From assembly GCA_964428315.1 (NCBI GenBank), contig CAYRXT010000009.1:4514-68513 (forward strand): a DNA stretch of 64,000 bases, written 5' to 3'. This document shows positions 38,294 through 48,415 of this stretch, piece by piece. The notes beneath the pieces were generated by a model. That model worked only from the letters and a program-made list of their open reading frames with translations, was not told the DNA's origin and searched no databases. Positions within the stretch are counted from its first letter, which is position 1. Each line of letters starts with the position of its first letter. The translations under genes were made by a program, and so were the position numbers. The DNA is from an uncultured Planctomycetales bacterium (lineage in GTDB: Bacteria > Omnitrophota > Gorgyraeia > Zapsychrales > CAYRXT01).

Positions 38294-40115
38294 GTGCGTC
38301 GGCTTTCTCATCGTAGGAGCGTTGATGTTCCGTCCCGTCGTCACGGCCGCTCAGGACATTACTTTTGATGTGAGCGTTGACCGAAAGACCGTGGCTCTGG
38401 GGGAGAGCCTGGTCCTCAGCATGACGGTGCGGGGAAATCAGTCAGCCGGCCCCTTTGAACTGCCGTCGCTCGATGGATTCGACAGCCGCTATCTCGGGCC
38501 TTCCACGCACGTTTCCATTGTTAACGGCCGGTATTCCAGTTCGATCGCGTACAATTACCGGCTTATACCTCTCAAGGCAGGGACATTCACCGTCCCGCCC
38601 ATCACGGTTACCATTAACGGCAGGACATATATCTCCGATCCCGTCGACATCAGCGTGATCTCCCAGCCGATCAATGGGCAACAGCGGGCGATTGCGCCGT
38701 CCGGGAGATCGCTGGAGGACAACGTCTTTCTCATGATGAAAATAGACCGGCGAGAGGTCTATCTAAACGAACGTGTCCCTCTGACAATTAAATTGTACGT
38801 GAACCAGCTTTCCGTGCGCGACGTCCAGTTCCCGGAACTGGAGGCCGACGGCTTTCGCCTTGAGGAATTTGCCCGGCCCCGTCAATACAGCGAGGTCATC
38901 GGCGGTGTGCAGTATGATGTGGTCGAATTCGCCGCCGCCTTTTTCCCGACGCGCACCGGAGAGCTTGCCGTGGGACCGGCTGAACTTTCTTTGAACGTCC
39001 TCATCAAAGAAGCCCCTTCCTCACGTTCCCCCTTCGGCGAGTTCGGATCCTTTTTCGACGAAGAATTTTTTGACAGCTTTTTTGAATCCTATCGACGTTA
39101 TCCCTTAAGGGTGAGTTCGGCGGACGTGAGACTCGCCGTCAAGCCGCTCCCGGAAGAAAACCGCCCCGAGGGTTTTACAGGAGCGGTGGGCCAATTCGAT
39201 TTCCGGGCGGATGTGATGCCGGAGGAAGTCTCCGTCGGAGACCCCCTGACGGTAAGGATGACGATAACGGGCGAGGGTAACCTGCAGACGGTCCGGTTCC
39301 CGGCCTACGCTGATACGGGCGATTTCAAGGCTTATGATCCGGAGATCAAGGAGCAGGAAAAAGACAAGACGCTCGAGCAGGTTTTGATTCCCAAGCACGA
39401 CGAGGTCGACCGGGTGCCCGCGGCCGCATTCTCCTTTTTTGATCCTGAGGAAGAACAGTATCGCATGATACGAAGGGGGCCGTTTCCGATCAAGGTTAAA
39501 CCGGCCGAGAAGCAGGACCAGTTTAAGGTCGTAGGCTTGCCTCCTGCCGCCGCTGGTACGGGCGCGCTGGGCCAGGGGCTCATTTATCAGGAAGAACTGG
39601 GAGAGGACATCCTCTTCTTGAAAGAGGACCCTGGTGTTTTCCGCAAGCGGGGCCGGTTTGTTTTTCAGAGCCTGCGTTTTGTCATTACGGTTATCCTGTC
39701 ATTGGCAGGTTTTTTGGGATATGCGGGATATTATTATCGGCGCGAGCGGTTGCGTTCGGATGTGAGTTTTGCGCGGCGGTTGAAGGCGCCGCGCAGGGCG
39801 AAGGAGGGTATCCGCAAGGCCGAGGCGTTGATGAAGGCGGACCAGCCGAAGGAGTTTTACGACTGTGTGTTTAAGACCCTGCAGGAGTATCTGGGCGACA
39901 CGTTTCATCTCTCGTCGGGTGGAATAACATGGGACATGGTACGGGATATTGTGCGCAAAAGGGCCGTCGACACAGAGGTGGACGGTCGATTAAAGGCCAT
40001 TTTTGAAGATTGTGATGCCATCCGTTTTGCTCCTCTTCACCCGGATAGGGCAAAGATGAAGATGACTTTGGCCGATTTGAGAACCGTTATCGATTATCTG
40101 GAGAAAAGGGTATGA
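38274..40115 (+). CDS. batD: BatD family protein
   Basis: VDRKTV..GE, SIVNG, FTGAVGQF, GEGNL, FSFFDP, C-terminal TM. Confidence 0.88.
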   Translation: MSRKIGKCVGFLIVGALMFRPVVTAAQDITFDVSVDRKTVALGESLVLSMTVRGNQSAGPFELPSLDGFDSRYLGPSTHVSIVNGRYSSSIAYNYRLIPLKAGTFTVPPITVTINGRTYISDPVDISVISQPINGQQRAIAPSGRSLEDNVFLMMKIDRREVYLNERVPLTIKLYVNQLSVRDVQFPELEADGFRLEEFARPRQYSEVIGGVQYDVVEFAAAFFPTRTGELAVGPAELSLNVLIKEAPSSRSPFGEFGSFFDEEFFDSFFESYRRYPLRVSSADVRLAVKPLPEENRPEGFTGAVGQFDFRADVMPEEVSVGDPLTVRMTITGEGNLQTVRFPAYADTGDFKAYDPEIKEQEKDKTLEQVLIPKHDEVDRVPAAAFSFFDPEEEQYRMIRRGPFPIKVKPAEKQDQFKVVGLPPAAAGTGALGQGLIYQEELGEDILFLKEDPGVFRKRGRFVFQSLRFVITVILSLAGFLGYAGYYYRRERLRSDVSFARRLKAPRRAKEGIRKAEALMKADQPKEFYDCVFKTLQEYLGDTFHLSSGGITWDMVRDIVRKRAVDTEVDGRLKAIFEDCDAIRFAPLHPDRAKMKMTLADLRTVIDYLEKRV

Positions 40116-40879
40116 ACCTGCTTCTTTTGAAAAGGGCGGCGTCAGGCATCATCTTGCTGATCGCCTTTCAGGCATTCGCCTTCGCGCAGGAGGCGAACGC
40201 CCCCATGGCCGTCTTTTTTCAGGCTAATGCCGCTTACAAGGACGGGGAATACAGTAAAGCCATCCGGCTCTACCAGTCCATTCTCGATCGGGGATACGAA
40301 AGCGGTGCGATTTACTACAATATGGGCAATTGTTTTTTTAAGAACAAAAGATTGGGCGAGGCCGTCCTCTATTATCTGCGCGCGAAACGCCTGATGCCCC
40401 GGGATGATCAGCTGGCCTATAACCTCCGGTATGCCCGTTCTTTTGTGCCGCAATACGCCGGTGAATCCCCCGGTTCGTTCTGGCGGCAGCGGTGGACATC
40501 GTACAAGAGCCGTTTTACCGTCAACGAACTTTCCTGGATGCTCTATGGCTGTTTCCTGCTCATGGCCTTCAGCTATATCCTTTTCCTAGTGCGGCGCTGG
40601 CCCGTCGTCCGGCTGGCCGTTGTCATGGCCCTGTGGGCCGCGGTTTTTTTATTTCACCTTTGGGTATTAACGGCTAAAGTCGGGGATTACGGGGTACAGG
40701 CCGTTGTCATGGAGAAGGCGCACTCCCGGTATGAACCGATCGAGCAGGCCACCAAATATTACGCCCTGTCCGAAGGAACGGTTGTCCGAATCCTAAAAAA
40801 AGAAGGTGACTGGCTTAAGATCAGGCGTTCGGACGGCAAGATCGGCTGGATCGAGAAGAGAAAACTGCAGGTGATTTGA
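40112..40879 (+). CDS. batE: TPR plus SH3 protein, BatE-like
   Basis: ANAAYKDGEY, YYNMGN, YLRAKRLMPRD, two TMs, EG..V...WLKI...GKIGWI. Confidence 0.85.
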   Translation: MNLLLLKRAASGIILLIAFQAFAFAQEANAPMAVFFQANAAYKDGEYSKAIRLYQSILDRGYESGAIYYNMGNCFFKNKRLGEAVLYYLRAKRLMPRDDQLAYNLRYARSFVPQYAGESPGSFWRQRWTSYKSRFTVNELSWMLYGCFLLMAFSYILFLVRRWPVVRLAVVMALWAAVFLFHLWVLTAKVGDYGVQAVVMEKAHSRYEPIEQATKYYALSEGTVVRILKKEGDWLKIRRSDGKIGWIEKRKLQVI

Positions 40880-40934
40880 TTCGCCTACGCCTTCCTATTG
40901 GACGTAAGGCCCTAGACTTTTATAAATATTAAGG

Positions 40935-40984
40935 AGAAGAAGGGGCCGCCCTGCACCGCACGGTGCAGGGCGGCCCCTTCTTCT
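40935..40984. terminator. Bidirectional terminator-like perfect 24-bp inverted repeat between convergent genes
   Basis: AGAAGAAGGGGCCGCCCTGCACCG-CA-CGGTGCAGGGCGGCCCCTTCTTCT. Confidence 0.75.
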
Positions 40985-42127
40985 TCATAATATTTGAAGA
41001 ATGATCCTTGCGGCCCTGTGCGTAGCGCCGGATTCGCCCAGACGTTTCCGCACCTCTTTCAAATCCGCGTGAACCTGCGCGAGCCCTATCTCGTCGCTTA
41101 GCATCTGCAGGGCTTCGTGGGCGATGCGTCGGGGCGTGGCCGCAAACTGGATGCACTCGGGGACGACCTTGCGGCCGGCGACCACATTGACCAGACCGAT
41201 GCAGGGGATCTTGACGAAGAGCCTGGCCAGAAGCCATGTGGGGAAGGAGGTCCTGTAAACGATGACCATCGGTTTTTGGAGGATCGCCGCCTCAAGTGTC
41301 GCGGTCCCGGAGGCGATAAGGCAGACATCGCACGCGTTGATGGCGTCATAACCGTCTTCGTCGACTATTTTGGGAATAACGCTTTTCCCTTCGAGATAAG
41401 GTGAGACGATCCTCCGGGGGATGGTCGCCGCCTTGATCAGGATAATCTGTAGTGAGGGGAACCGATCCCGAATGATCTCGGCGGCTCCGATCATGGCGGG
41501 CAGCAATGTCTGGATTTCTTTTTCCCGCGAACCGGGAAGGAGGCCAAGCGTCAGCTTGTGGGGCGAAAGGCCCAGTCCTTCCAAATAGCTTTCGCGCCCG
41601 GTGCGAACGCGCACATCATCCAGTAACGGATGACCGACACATTCAACGTCGACATCGTGACGCAGGTAGATCTCTTTTTCAAAAGGGAAAAAGACCAGCA
41701 TCTTGTCCACGCAACGTTTGACGGTCTTTATCCTGTTTGCCTTCCAGGCCCAGACCTGCGGACTGATGTAATAAACCACTTGCGTGTCCATGTGGTCCAG
41801 GGCCTTGGCCAGCCGGAGGTTGAACCCGGGGTAGTCGACGAGGATGACCGAGGAGGGTTTCGTTTCCTTGACCTTGTTAAGGAAAAGGCGGAAAAGGCGG
41901 CGAAAATGCTTTAGGTGTTTAAAGACCTCGAGAAAACCGACGACAGCAAATTCTGTCATGTCCGCGTAGAGTGTCACGCCGGCTTCCCGCATAGACCTCC
42001 CGCCGAGCCCGGAAAAGGTGACACCCGGATTCTGTTCACGGATGGCCCTGACAAGATGCGCGGCATGCAGGTCGCCGGAGGCCTCTCCGGCCACGATCAT
42101 GATATGTTGACGAGTGGGTTGCGACAT
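40985..42127 (-). CDS. lpxB: Lipid-A-disaccharide synthase
   Basis: AGEASGDLH, VDYPGFN, YYISPQVWAW, VGHPL, LLPGSR, SGTATLE. Confidence 0.97.
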   Translation of the reverse strand: MSQPTRQHIMIVAGEASGDLHAAHLVRAIREQNPGVTFSGLGGRSMREAGVTLYADMTEFAVVGFLEVFKHLKHFRRLFRLFLNKVKETKPSSVILVDYPGFNLRLAKALDHMDTQVVYYISPQVWAWKANRIKTVKRCVDKMLVFFPFEKEIYLRHDVDVECVGHPLLDDVRVRTGRESYLEGLGLSPHKLTLGLLPGSREKEIQTLLPAMIGAAEIIRDRFPSLQIILIKAATIPRRIVSPYLEGKSVIPKIVDEDGYDAINACDVCLIASGTATLEAAILQKPMVIVYRTSFPTWLLARLFVKIPCIGLVNVVAGRKVVPECIQFAATPRRIAHEALQMLSDEIGLAQVHADLKEVRKRLGESGATHRAARIILQIL

Positions 42128-43035
42128 ATTTTTTCAACGATGGCCAGGGCCGTTTTAAGGGCCGCCGTCCCTTCCTCACCGGATACGAGGGGCCTTTCGT
42201 CGTTACGGATACAATCGATGAAAGATTCCAGCTCGACCTTGAGGGGTTCTTCTTTTTCGATAGGCAGCGCGTGTTTAAGGATCTTAGAACCGGACTTGCG
42301 GAAAACAAAGGCCTCCTGACGGACATAGTCAAGGGAGATATAGGTGTTTTCGATAAAGATGCGGATCTTGCGCATGATTTCATCCGAGACCCGGCTGGCT
42401 GTCAGGTTGCAGACACAACCGTTTTGAAAAGAAAGGCGGGCGTTGGCGATGTCTTCCCGGCCGGTGAGGACATTGATCCCCACAGCATGAATATCTTCGA
42501 CAGGCTCTTCGATCAGCCCGAGTACGATGTCGATATCATGGATCATTAAATCCATGACGACGCCGATGTCCAAAGAGCGTTTCGGGAAACGGTTGAGGCG
42601 GTGGCATTCGATAAAAAGAGGATTCCGCGCCAGCCGTTTGACGGCCTGGAAGGCGGCGTTGAAGCGTTCGACGTGGCCGACCTGGAGTGTGCAGCGTTTG
42701 GCGTGGGCCAGACGGGTCAGTTCTTCAGCCTGCTCAACGGTCGAGGCTATGGGTTTTTCGATGAATGTATGGAGACCTGCGCTCAGGCAGGTCCGGCCGA
42801 TGGAAAAATGTTCGCTGGTCGGAGCGCAGATGTTGACCGCATCGACCTTGGCCAGGAGTCCGTGATAATCGGTGTAAAACGGGATCCCCAGGTCCTTGGC
42901 CAGTTTTTCTCCCTGCCGCGGGTTGATGTCGCAGACCCACGCCAGTTTGACCTTTTGCGGCAAGCTCTGATAAACCTTCAGGTGACGCTCGCCCAGATGT
43001 CCGATGCCGATAATGCCTACTGAGATTTTGTCCAT
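42097..43035 (-). CDS. Gfo/Idh/MocA oxidoreductase, GnnA-like
   Basis: IGIGHLG, IEKPI, QVGHVERFN, DLMIHDID, TASRVS; overlaps the lpxB start. Confidence 0.88.
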   Translation of the reverse strand: MDKISVGIIGIGHLGERHLKVYQSLPQKVKLAWVCDINPRQGEKLAKDLGIPFYTDYHGLLAKVDAVNICAPTSEHFSIGRTCLSAGLHTFIEKPIASTVEQAEELTRLAHAKRCTLQVGHVERFNAAFQAVKRLARNPLFIECHRLNRFPKRSLDIGVVMDLMIHDIDIVLGLIEEPVEDIHAVGINVLTGREDIANARLSFQNGCVCNLTASRVSDEIMRKIRIFIENTYISLDYVRQEAFVFRKSGSKILKHALPIEKEEPLKVELESFIDCIRNDERPLVSGEEGTAALKTALAIVEKICRNPLVNIS

Positions 43036-43149
43036 AGATGAGGCCTGGTTGAATTGTTATAACTATAAAGAATTGGAACAGGTTAACTATCGGCCTACTA
43101 TAACAAATCGGTCGACAAAAGTCAATTGATGTGATAATATGCACACCTT

Positions 43150-44943
43150 ATGAAAAACTATGTCAAATTGCTGCAGTTCCTGCGGGGCCATCTATGGCTT
43201 TTTCTGCCGGCCTCTTTTTTGATGTTTTTAGGCTCGGTTTTTGAAGGTGTCCAGTTGTCCCTTCTGGTGCCCCTGGTGGACATCGTCCTTACCCAGAAAA
43301 AAATTATTCCCCCCCAGCAGCTTCCGGACGCTCTGCAAAGCCTTGTTATGCGGCTCAATGATGTGGCGCCATCGGAGCTGTTGTGGTTCCTGGCCCTTGG
43401 ATTTATTCCATTGATAGTGATCAAAAACCTCGTTGCCTTTTTTTACGGTTTGATCATGAACGATATCTCTCAGCGTGTCATGCGGGATATCCGCAACCGC
43501 CTTTATCATACGATACAGAACCTTTCGCTGGATTATTTTAGTAAAAGACGCAGCGGAGAGCTGATCTCCCGGATTACCCATGATGTCCAGGTCATAGAGA
43601 ACGCCCTGTCTTATGCCGTGACGGACCTGATTCGCCAGTCCTTTTTGATCGTCGTGTATGTGACTATTGTCGTAATTATCCATTGGAAGGCGGCGGTCAT
43701 TATCTTTTTTATGGGGCCGATTATCGGCATGCCGATTTCCAATATCGGGAAAAAATTAAGGAAACTGTCAAAGAATACGCAGGAAAAGATGGCGGACATC
43801 AATTCCCTGCTCCTGGAGACAATCACCGGCATCAAGGTGGTCAAGGCCTTTGGCATGGAGCCTTATGAGATCAAAAGATTTACCGGACAAAACCAGGATT
43901 ATTACAAGCTCAAGATGAAATCGATCCGCCGTCTTCTGTCGCTCACGCCTATCACGGAGATCGTGGGCACGCTTTTTGGTGTGGGGATCATTTTATGGAT
44001 GGGGCGCCAGATCCTCCAGGGTGAGATTTCATTCGGTGTCTTCGGACTGTTTTTCGGTTCTATCCTGATGATGATGCAGCCGATAAAAAAATTGGGGAAT
44101 GTGAACATTATCACCCAGCAGGCCCTGGCGGCGTCAGAACGTATCTATGAAGTTCTGGAGGCAAGCCCATCGGTCAAGGAGCGTCCCGATGCCCTCGAGG
44201 CGCCGCAGATTCAAGAGAAGATCGAAATACGACAGGTCAACTTCCGGTATGACGACGAATCCGACCATGTCTTGAGAGATATCAATCTCGATATTTCGGT
44301 CGGGGAGGTCGCGGCGATTGTCGGACCGACGGGATCGGGGAAATCGACACTGGCCAATCTGGTCCCCCGATTTTATGACCCTGTCTCAGGGGACGTTTTT
44401 CTGGATTCGAAGAATTTGCGGGACCTGACCTTATCGTCTTTGCGCAGACAGATCGGCATCGTGACCCAGGAAACCATTTTGTTCAATGATACGGTAAGGG
44501 CGAACATTGCCTACGGGAGGTTCGATGCGCCTTTGGACGAAATCCAGGAAGCGGCGAAGAAGGCGTTTGCCCACAGGTTTATCGTTAACATGCCGCAGGG
44601 TTACGAAACGATCGTCGGAGACCGGGGATTCCGCCTTTCCGGAGGCGAGAAACAGCGGATTGCCATCGCGCGGGCAATCTTGAAGAATCCGCCTCTGCTT
44701 ATCCTGGATGAGGCCACGTCCCAGCTGGATTCGGAATCCGAAAGCTTTGTTCAGGAGGCCCTGGATAAACTTATGCATGGCCGCACGGTTATTTGTATCG
44801 CCCACCGGTTTTCGACGATTCAAAAAGCCGACAAGATTGTTGTCCTGGAAAAAGGCCTGATTGTTGGGCAGGGCACACATGCGCAATTGCTTAAGGATTG
44901 CCCCCTTTATGGGCGGCTTTATAATACGCAGTTTCAAATTTGA
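43150..44943 (+). CDS. msbA: Lipid A export ABC transporter, MsbA-like
   Basis: TM domain plus GPTGSGKS, LSGGEKQR, ILDEATS, IAHR; divergent from lpxB. Confidence 0.85.
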   Translation: MKNYVKLLQFLRGHLWLFLPASFLMFLGSVFEGVQLSLLVPLVDIVLTQKKIIPPQQLPDALQSLVMRLNDVAPSELLWFLALGFIPLIVIKNLVAFFYGLIMNDISQRVMRDIRNRLYHTIQNLSLDYFSKRRSGELISRITHDVQVIENALSYAVTDLIRQSFLIVVYVTIVVIIHWKAAVIIFFMGPIIGMPISNIGKKLRKLSKNTQEKMADINSLLLETITGIKVVKAFGMEPYEIKRFTGQNQDYYKLKMKSIRRLLSLTPITEIVGTLFGVGIILWMGRQILQGEISFGVFGLFFGSILMMMQPIKKLGNVNIITQQALAASERIYEVLEASPSVKERPDALEAPQIQEKIEIRQVNFRYDDESDHVLRDINLDISVGEVAAIVGPTGSGKSTLANLVPRFYDPVSGDVFLDSKNLRDLTLSSLRRQIGIVTQETILFNDTVRANIAYGRFDAPLDEIQEAAKKAFAHRFIVNMPQGYETIVGDRGFRLSGGEKQRIAIARAILKNPPLLILDEATSQLDSESESFVQEALDKLMHGRTVICIAHRFSTIQKADKIVVLEKGLIVGQGTHAQLLKDCPLYGRLYNTQFQI

Positions 44944-45000
44944 CCGGCGACCCGGTGGTTCCGGCCTTAGTGAACAAATCACAGTATATATGAAAAACAA

Positions 45001-45128
45001 TTGCTTTTTCCTGCAATTTTTTGTAAAATTGAGGCGTTTTTGCCCGAAATTTAAAACTTATTCAGCAGTTTTACACCGGGTTCCCTCGGAAATAAAATAT
45101 TGAAAAATACATTGATATTGGTTATACT
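45001..45128 (+). promoter_or_regulatory. Tandem putative sigma70 promoters of the rpsB operon
   Basis: TTGCTT-17 nt-TAAAAT (45001-45029) and TTGAAA-17 nt-TATACT (45100-45128) in an AT-rich tract. Confidence 0.55.
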
Positions 45129-45264
45129 ATCACAATTAACTTAATGGGATGGATGCAGTTATGACGTATAGACTCAAGATGTTCATCCCGAAGTCAACCG
45201 GCGGATCAGAGGCGGATCCCGTCGGGTAACTTAATGTAATAAACGAGGTTAAGACGGAGGCAAG

Positions 45265-46119
45265 ATGACGGACGAACTGATTAAAAAATTACTGGAAGCC
45301 GGAGTCCATTTTGGGCACCAGACAAGACGTTGGAATCCCAAAATGAAAAAATATATCTTCGGGGAGCGAAGCGGGATATATATTATCGATCTGGAAAAGA
45401 CGGTCGATTGCCTGAACCGCGCTCGGGATTTTCTTCATGACAACGCGGCCCAGGGACGCCGTATTCTTTTCGTCGGGACCAAACGGCAGGCCCAGGACAT
45501 AGTGGCCCAGGAAGCGACGCGCGCCGGGATGTTCTTTATTCGCAACCGCTGGTTGGGCGGCCTGTTGACCAATTTCCAAACCGTCAGAAAATCTATTGAG
45601 AGGCTTAAGTCCATTGAGCGAATGAGCGAGGACGGCACCTTTGATGAGCTTACCAAAAAGGAGCGCGCCCGTCTTTCCAAGGAACGCGATAAACTGCAGC
45701 GGGATCTGGAGGGCATCCGCGAGATGAATGAACTCCCGGACGTTGTCTTTATCATCGATTCGAAGAGAGAGGAGATCGCTGTCCGGGAAGCCAACCGCCT
45801 TAAGATTCCGACCGTGGGGCTCATTGACACAAATTGCGATCCGGATCATATAGATCTGCCGATCCCCGGTAATGACGACGCGTTGAAATCGATTCGGTTT
45901 ATTGTGACCATGTTGACCGACAATATCCTGGAGGGGAAAAAGGCATATGTGATCAGCGAACAGGCCCGCCGGAAAGAGGCTGACGAACAATCGGATGCCG
46001 GGGAATCCGGACAGAAAATCGAAGAGGAGATTGAAACGTTGGAAGATTCGACGGAGAAGAAGGAAAATGTCAAGCGGGGGCCCACGAAGGTCCGTATGGG
46101 GACGGAAAAAGAAAATTAG
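45265..46119 (+). CDS. rpsB: 30S ribosomal protein S2
   Basis: LLEAGVHFGHQTRRWNPKM, FVGTK, RWLGG.LTN, DTNCDP, IPGNDD. Confidence 0.98.
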   Translation: MTDELIKKLLEAGVHFGHQTRRWNPKMKKYIFGERSGIYIIDLEKTVDCLNRARDFLHDNAAQGRRILFVGTKRQAQDIVAQEATRAGMFFIRNRWLGGLLTNFQTVRKSIERLKSIERMSEDGTFDELTKKERARLSKERDKLQRDLEGIREMNELPDVVFIIDSKREEIAVREANRLKIPTVGLIDTNCDPDHIDLPIPGNDDALKSIRFIVTMLTDNILEGKKAYVISEQARRKEADEQSDAGESGQKIEEEIETLEDSTEKKENVKRGPTKVRMGTEKEN

Positions 46120-46192
46120 TCTATGAAGACATTGCCTGAAATCCGAACTTGAATGAACCGTAGTCTCCCGGGCAAGGTAAGGAAGGAGTATT

Positions 46193-46720
46193 ATGAGCGT
46201 ATCAGTGGAATCCATTAAGGAATTGAGAGAAACAACCGGTTGCGGTGTTATCGAATGCAAGAAGGCGCTCGAAGAGGCCAAAGGAGATCCGCAAAAGGCC
46301 AAAGATATCCTCCGTCAACGCGGTCTGGAGATCGCGGCGAAGAAAGGATCGCGGGCCGCCAACGAGGGACGCGTTGAGGCCTATGTCCATCTGGGCGCCA
46401 AGATCGGCGTTCTTTTGGAAGTGAACTGTGAAACGGATTTTGTGGCCAAGAGTGAGGATTTCTGCCGGTTTACAAAAGACATAGCGATGCATATCGCCGC
46501 TATGGCTCCCCGGTGTGTCACGCGGGACGATATTGGACAGGATGTCCTGGACAAGGCAGAAGACCCGGAGGAGTTCATCAAAAGAAACTGCCTGTTGGAA
46601 CAGCCCTTCGTCAAAAATCAGTCCTTCACCGTCCGCGATTATCTGAATGATTTGGTGGCCAAGATCGGCGAGAATATTCTTATCTCCCGGTTTGTCAGAT
46701 ATAAAGTCGGTGAAGAATAA
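46193..46720 (+). CDS. tsf: Elongation factor Ts (short form)
   Basis: IKELRETTG....CKKAL, EVNCETDFVA, LLEQPFVK, GENI.ISRF. Confidence 0.96.
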   Translation: MSVSVESIKELRETTGCGVIECKKALEEAKGDPQKAKDILRQRGLEIAAKKGSRAANEGRVEAYVHLGAKIGVLLEVNCETDFVAKSEDFCRFTKDIAMHIAAMAPRCVTRDDIGQDVLDKAEDPEEFIKRNCLLEQPFVKNQSFTVRDYLNDLVAKIGENILISRFVRYKVGEE

Positions 46721-46751
46721 ATCATGAAGACCGCTTTGAACCCATAATCCA

Positions 46752-47471
46752 TTGCGAAGTAAACCGATATATAAGAGGATTTTGCTTAAACTGAGTGGCG
46801 AGGCCATGCAGGGTTCCCAGGAACATGGGATCGAAGCGGAGATGTGCGCTTCCCTGGCCAAACAGATAGCCGAAGTCATGGCCATGGGGGTTGAGATTGC
46901 CCTTGTCGTAGGTGGAGGGAACTTTTTCCGCGGCCAGGTCGAATCGAAGCGCTTCGGTCTCGATCAGTCGGTCGCTGATTATATGGGGATGCTGGCCACG
47001 ATCCTTAACGGGCTTGCACTGCAGAATGCCCTGGAAAAGACCGGTATCCCGACGCGCGTGATGACCGCCATTCATATGGCCGCCGTGGCCGAGCCCTACA
47101 TTCGGCGCCGCGCGATCCGTCATTTGGAAAAAAAGCGGGCCGTCATCTTCGTGGCCGGAACCGGCAATCCTTATTTTACGACGGACACAGCCGCGTCGCT
47201 ACGGGCCAAGGAGATCGGCGCCGATGTCATCCTTAAGGCGACGAAGGTCGACGGCGTGTATTCGGCCGATCCGGTCAAGGACAAGAAGGCGAGGCGGTTC
47301 AGTGAGCTGAAATTTATCGACGTGCTCAAAAAGAACTTGCGCGTTATGGACTCTACGGCCATCAGCATGTGCATGGATAATCATCTGCCGATAGTCGTTT
47401 TCGATCTGACCAGAGCGGGGAATATCATGAGAGTTGTGAAAGGGGAGAAGATAGGGACAATCGTATCATAA
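46752..47471 (+). CDS. pyrH: UMP kinase
   Basis: [30 protein letters not shown]. Confidence 0.97.
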   Translation: MRSKPIYKRILLKLSGEAMQGSQEHGIEAEMCASLAKQIAEVMAMGVEIALVVGGGNFFRGQVESKRFGLDQSVADYMGMLATILNGLALQNALEKTGIPTRVMTAIHMAAVAEPYIRRRAIRHLEKKRAVIFVAGTGNPYFTTDTAASLRAKEIGADVILKATKVDGVYSADPVKDKKARRFSELKFIDVLKKNLRVMDSTAISMCMDNHLPIVVFDLTRAGNIMRVVKGEKIGTIVS

Positions 47472-47486
47472 GAAGGGTGGTGCACT

Positions 47487-48053
47487 GTGGCCATAAAGGA
47501 TCTCCTCCGGGAAACAGAAAAGAAGATGAAAAAGACGATAGAGTCCGTTGACCGCGAATTCGCTGAGGTGCGGACCGGTCGGGCGCACCCGGGCCTCATC
47601 GAAGGGCTCCATATTGATTACTACGGGACGCCGACAATGATCAAGCAGGTGGCCGGCATTAACATACCCGACCCGAAAACCATTATCATTCAACCCTGGG
47701 ATATGAACGCCATCCCGCAGATCGAAAAAGCGATCCTGAACTCCAAGCTTGGTGCGACCCCGAGTAATGACGGAAAGGTTATCCGGTTGTCTATCCCGCC
47801 GCTTTCCGAGGAAAGACGCAACGAAATGATGAAAGTGGTGAAGGACATGGCGGAAAAGGGAAGGGTGTCTTTGCGGTCTATCCGCCGGGATGCCAATGAC
47901 CATTTAAAAAAGATGGAAGCCGAGAAGGCCATCACCGAAGACGACAATTTTAAAGGCCAAGATGAGGTCCAAAAATTGACGGACAAGTTTATCAAAGAGG
48001 TCGATCACGTGCTGGAATCGAAGCAGAAAGAATTGACCGAAATGATCAAATAG
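47487..48053 (+). CDS. frr: Ribosome recycling factor
   Basis: RTGRA.P, YYG, QPWD, PPLSEERR, R.IRRD, VQKLTD. Confidence 0.97.
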   Translation: MAIKDLLRETEKKMKKTIESVDREFAEVRTGRAHPGLIEGLHIDYYGTPTMIKQVAGINIPDPKTIIIQPWDMNAIPQIEKAILNSKLGATPSNDGKVIRLSIPPLSEERRNEMMKVVKDMAEKGRVSLRSIRRDANDHLKKMEAEKAITEDDNFKGQDEVQKLTDKFIKEVDHVLESKQKELTEMIK

Positions 48054-48095
48054 AAGGCCCTGTTCTTTTTCAAATATAAGTGAAAGGATTGCGTT

Positions 48096-48168
48096 GACCC
48101 ACTAGCTCATCCGGTAGAGCACTGCCCTTTTAAGGCAGGTGTGCCGCGTTCGAGTCGCGGGTGGGTCA
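48096..48168 (+). tRNA. tRNA-Lys (UUU)
   Basis: Acceptor GACCCAC/GTGGGTC, anticodon arm CTGCC-CTTTTAA-GGCAG, T arm CCGCG-TTCGAGT-CGCGG. Confidence 0.92.
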
Positions 48169-48333
48169 CTGATTTAGGGATAAGTGAGAAGTGACAAGAG
48201 ATAAAAAGCCGGGGATGAGGATTCGCCGGCGAGAAGACGGCCTGTTGTTGACCGAACTTCTTCGCAGCATTGATGACCCCGCCTTATCATTGCCCTTCTT
48301 ACCGATTATCACTCACCGCTTAAGACTCATAAA

Positions 48334-48415
48334 GGGCGAGTGGCGGAATTGGCAGACGCGCAGGATTTAGGATCCTGTCCCGTAAGGGGTGGAGGTTCAA
48401 CCCCTCTCTCGCCCA
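48334..48415 (+). tRNA. tRNA-Leu (UAG)
   Basis: GGGCGAG/CTCGCCC, D arm GGCGGAATTGGCAGACGC, CAGGA-TTTAGGA-TCCTG, long variable arm, GGTTCAA. Confidence 0.95.

Noticed and set aside
45289-46302. 337-aa minus-strand ORF
   Set aside because: Antisense to rpsB and tsf.
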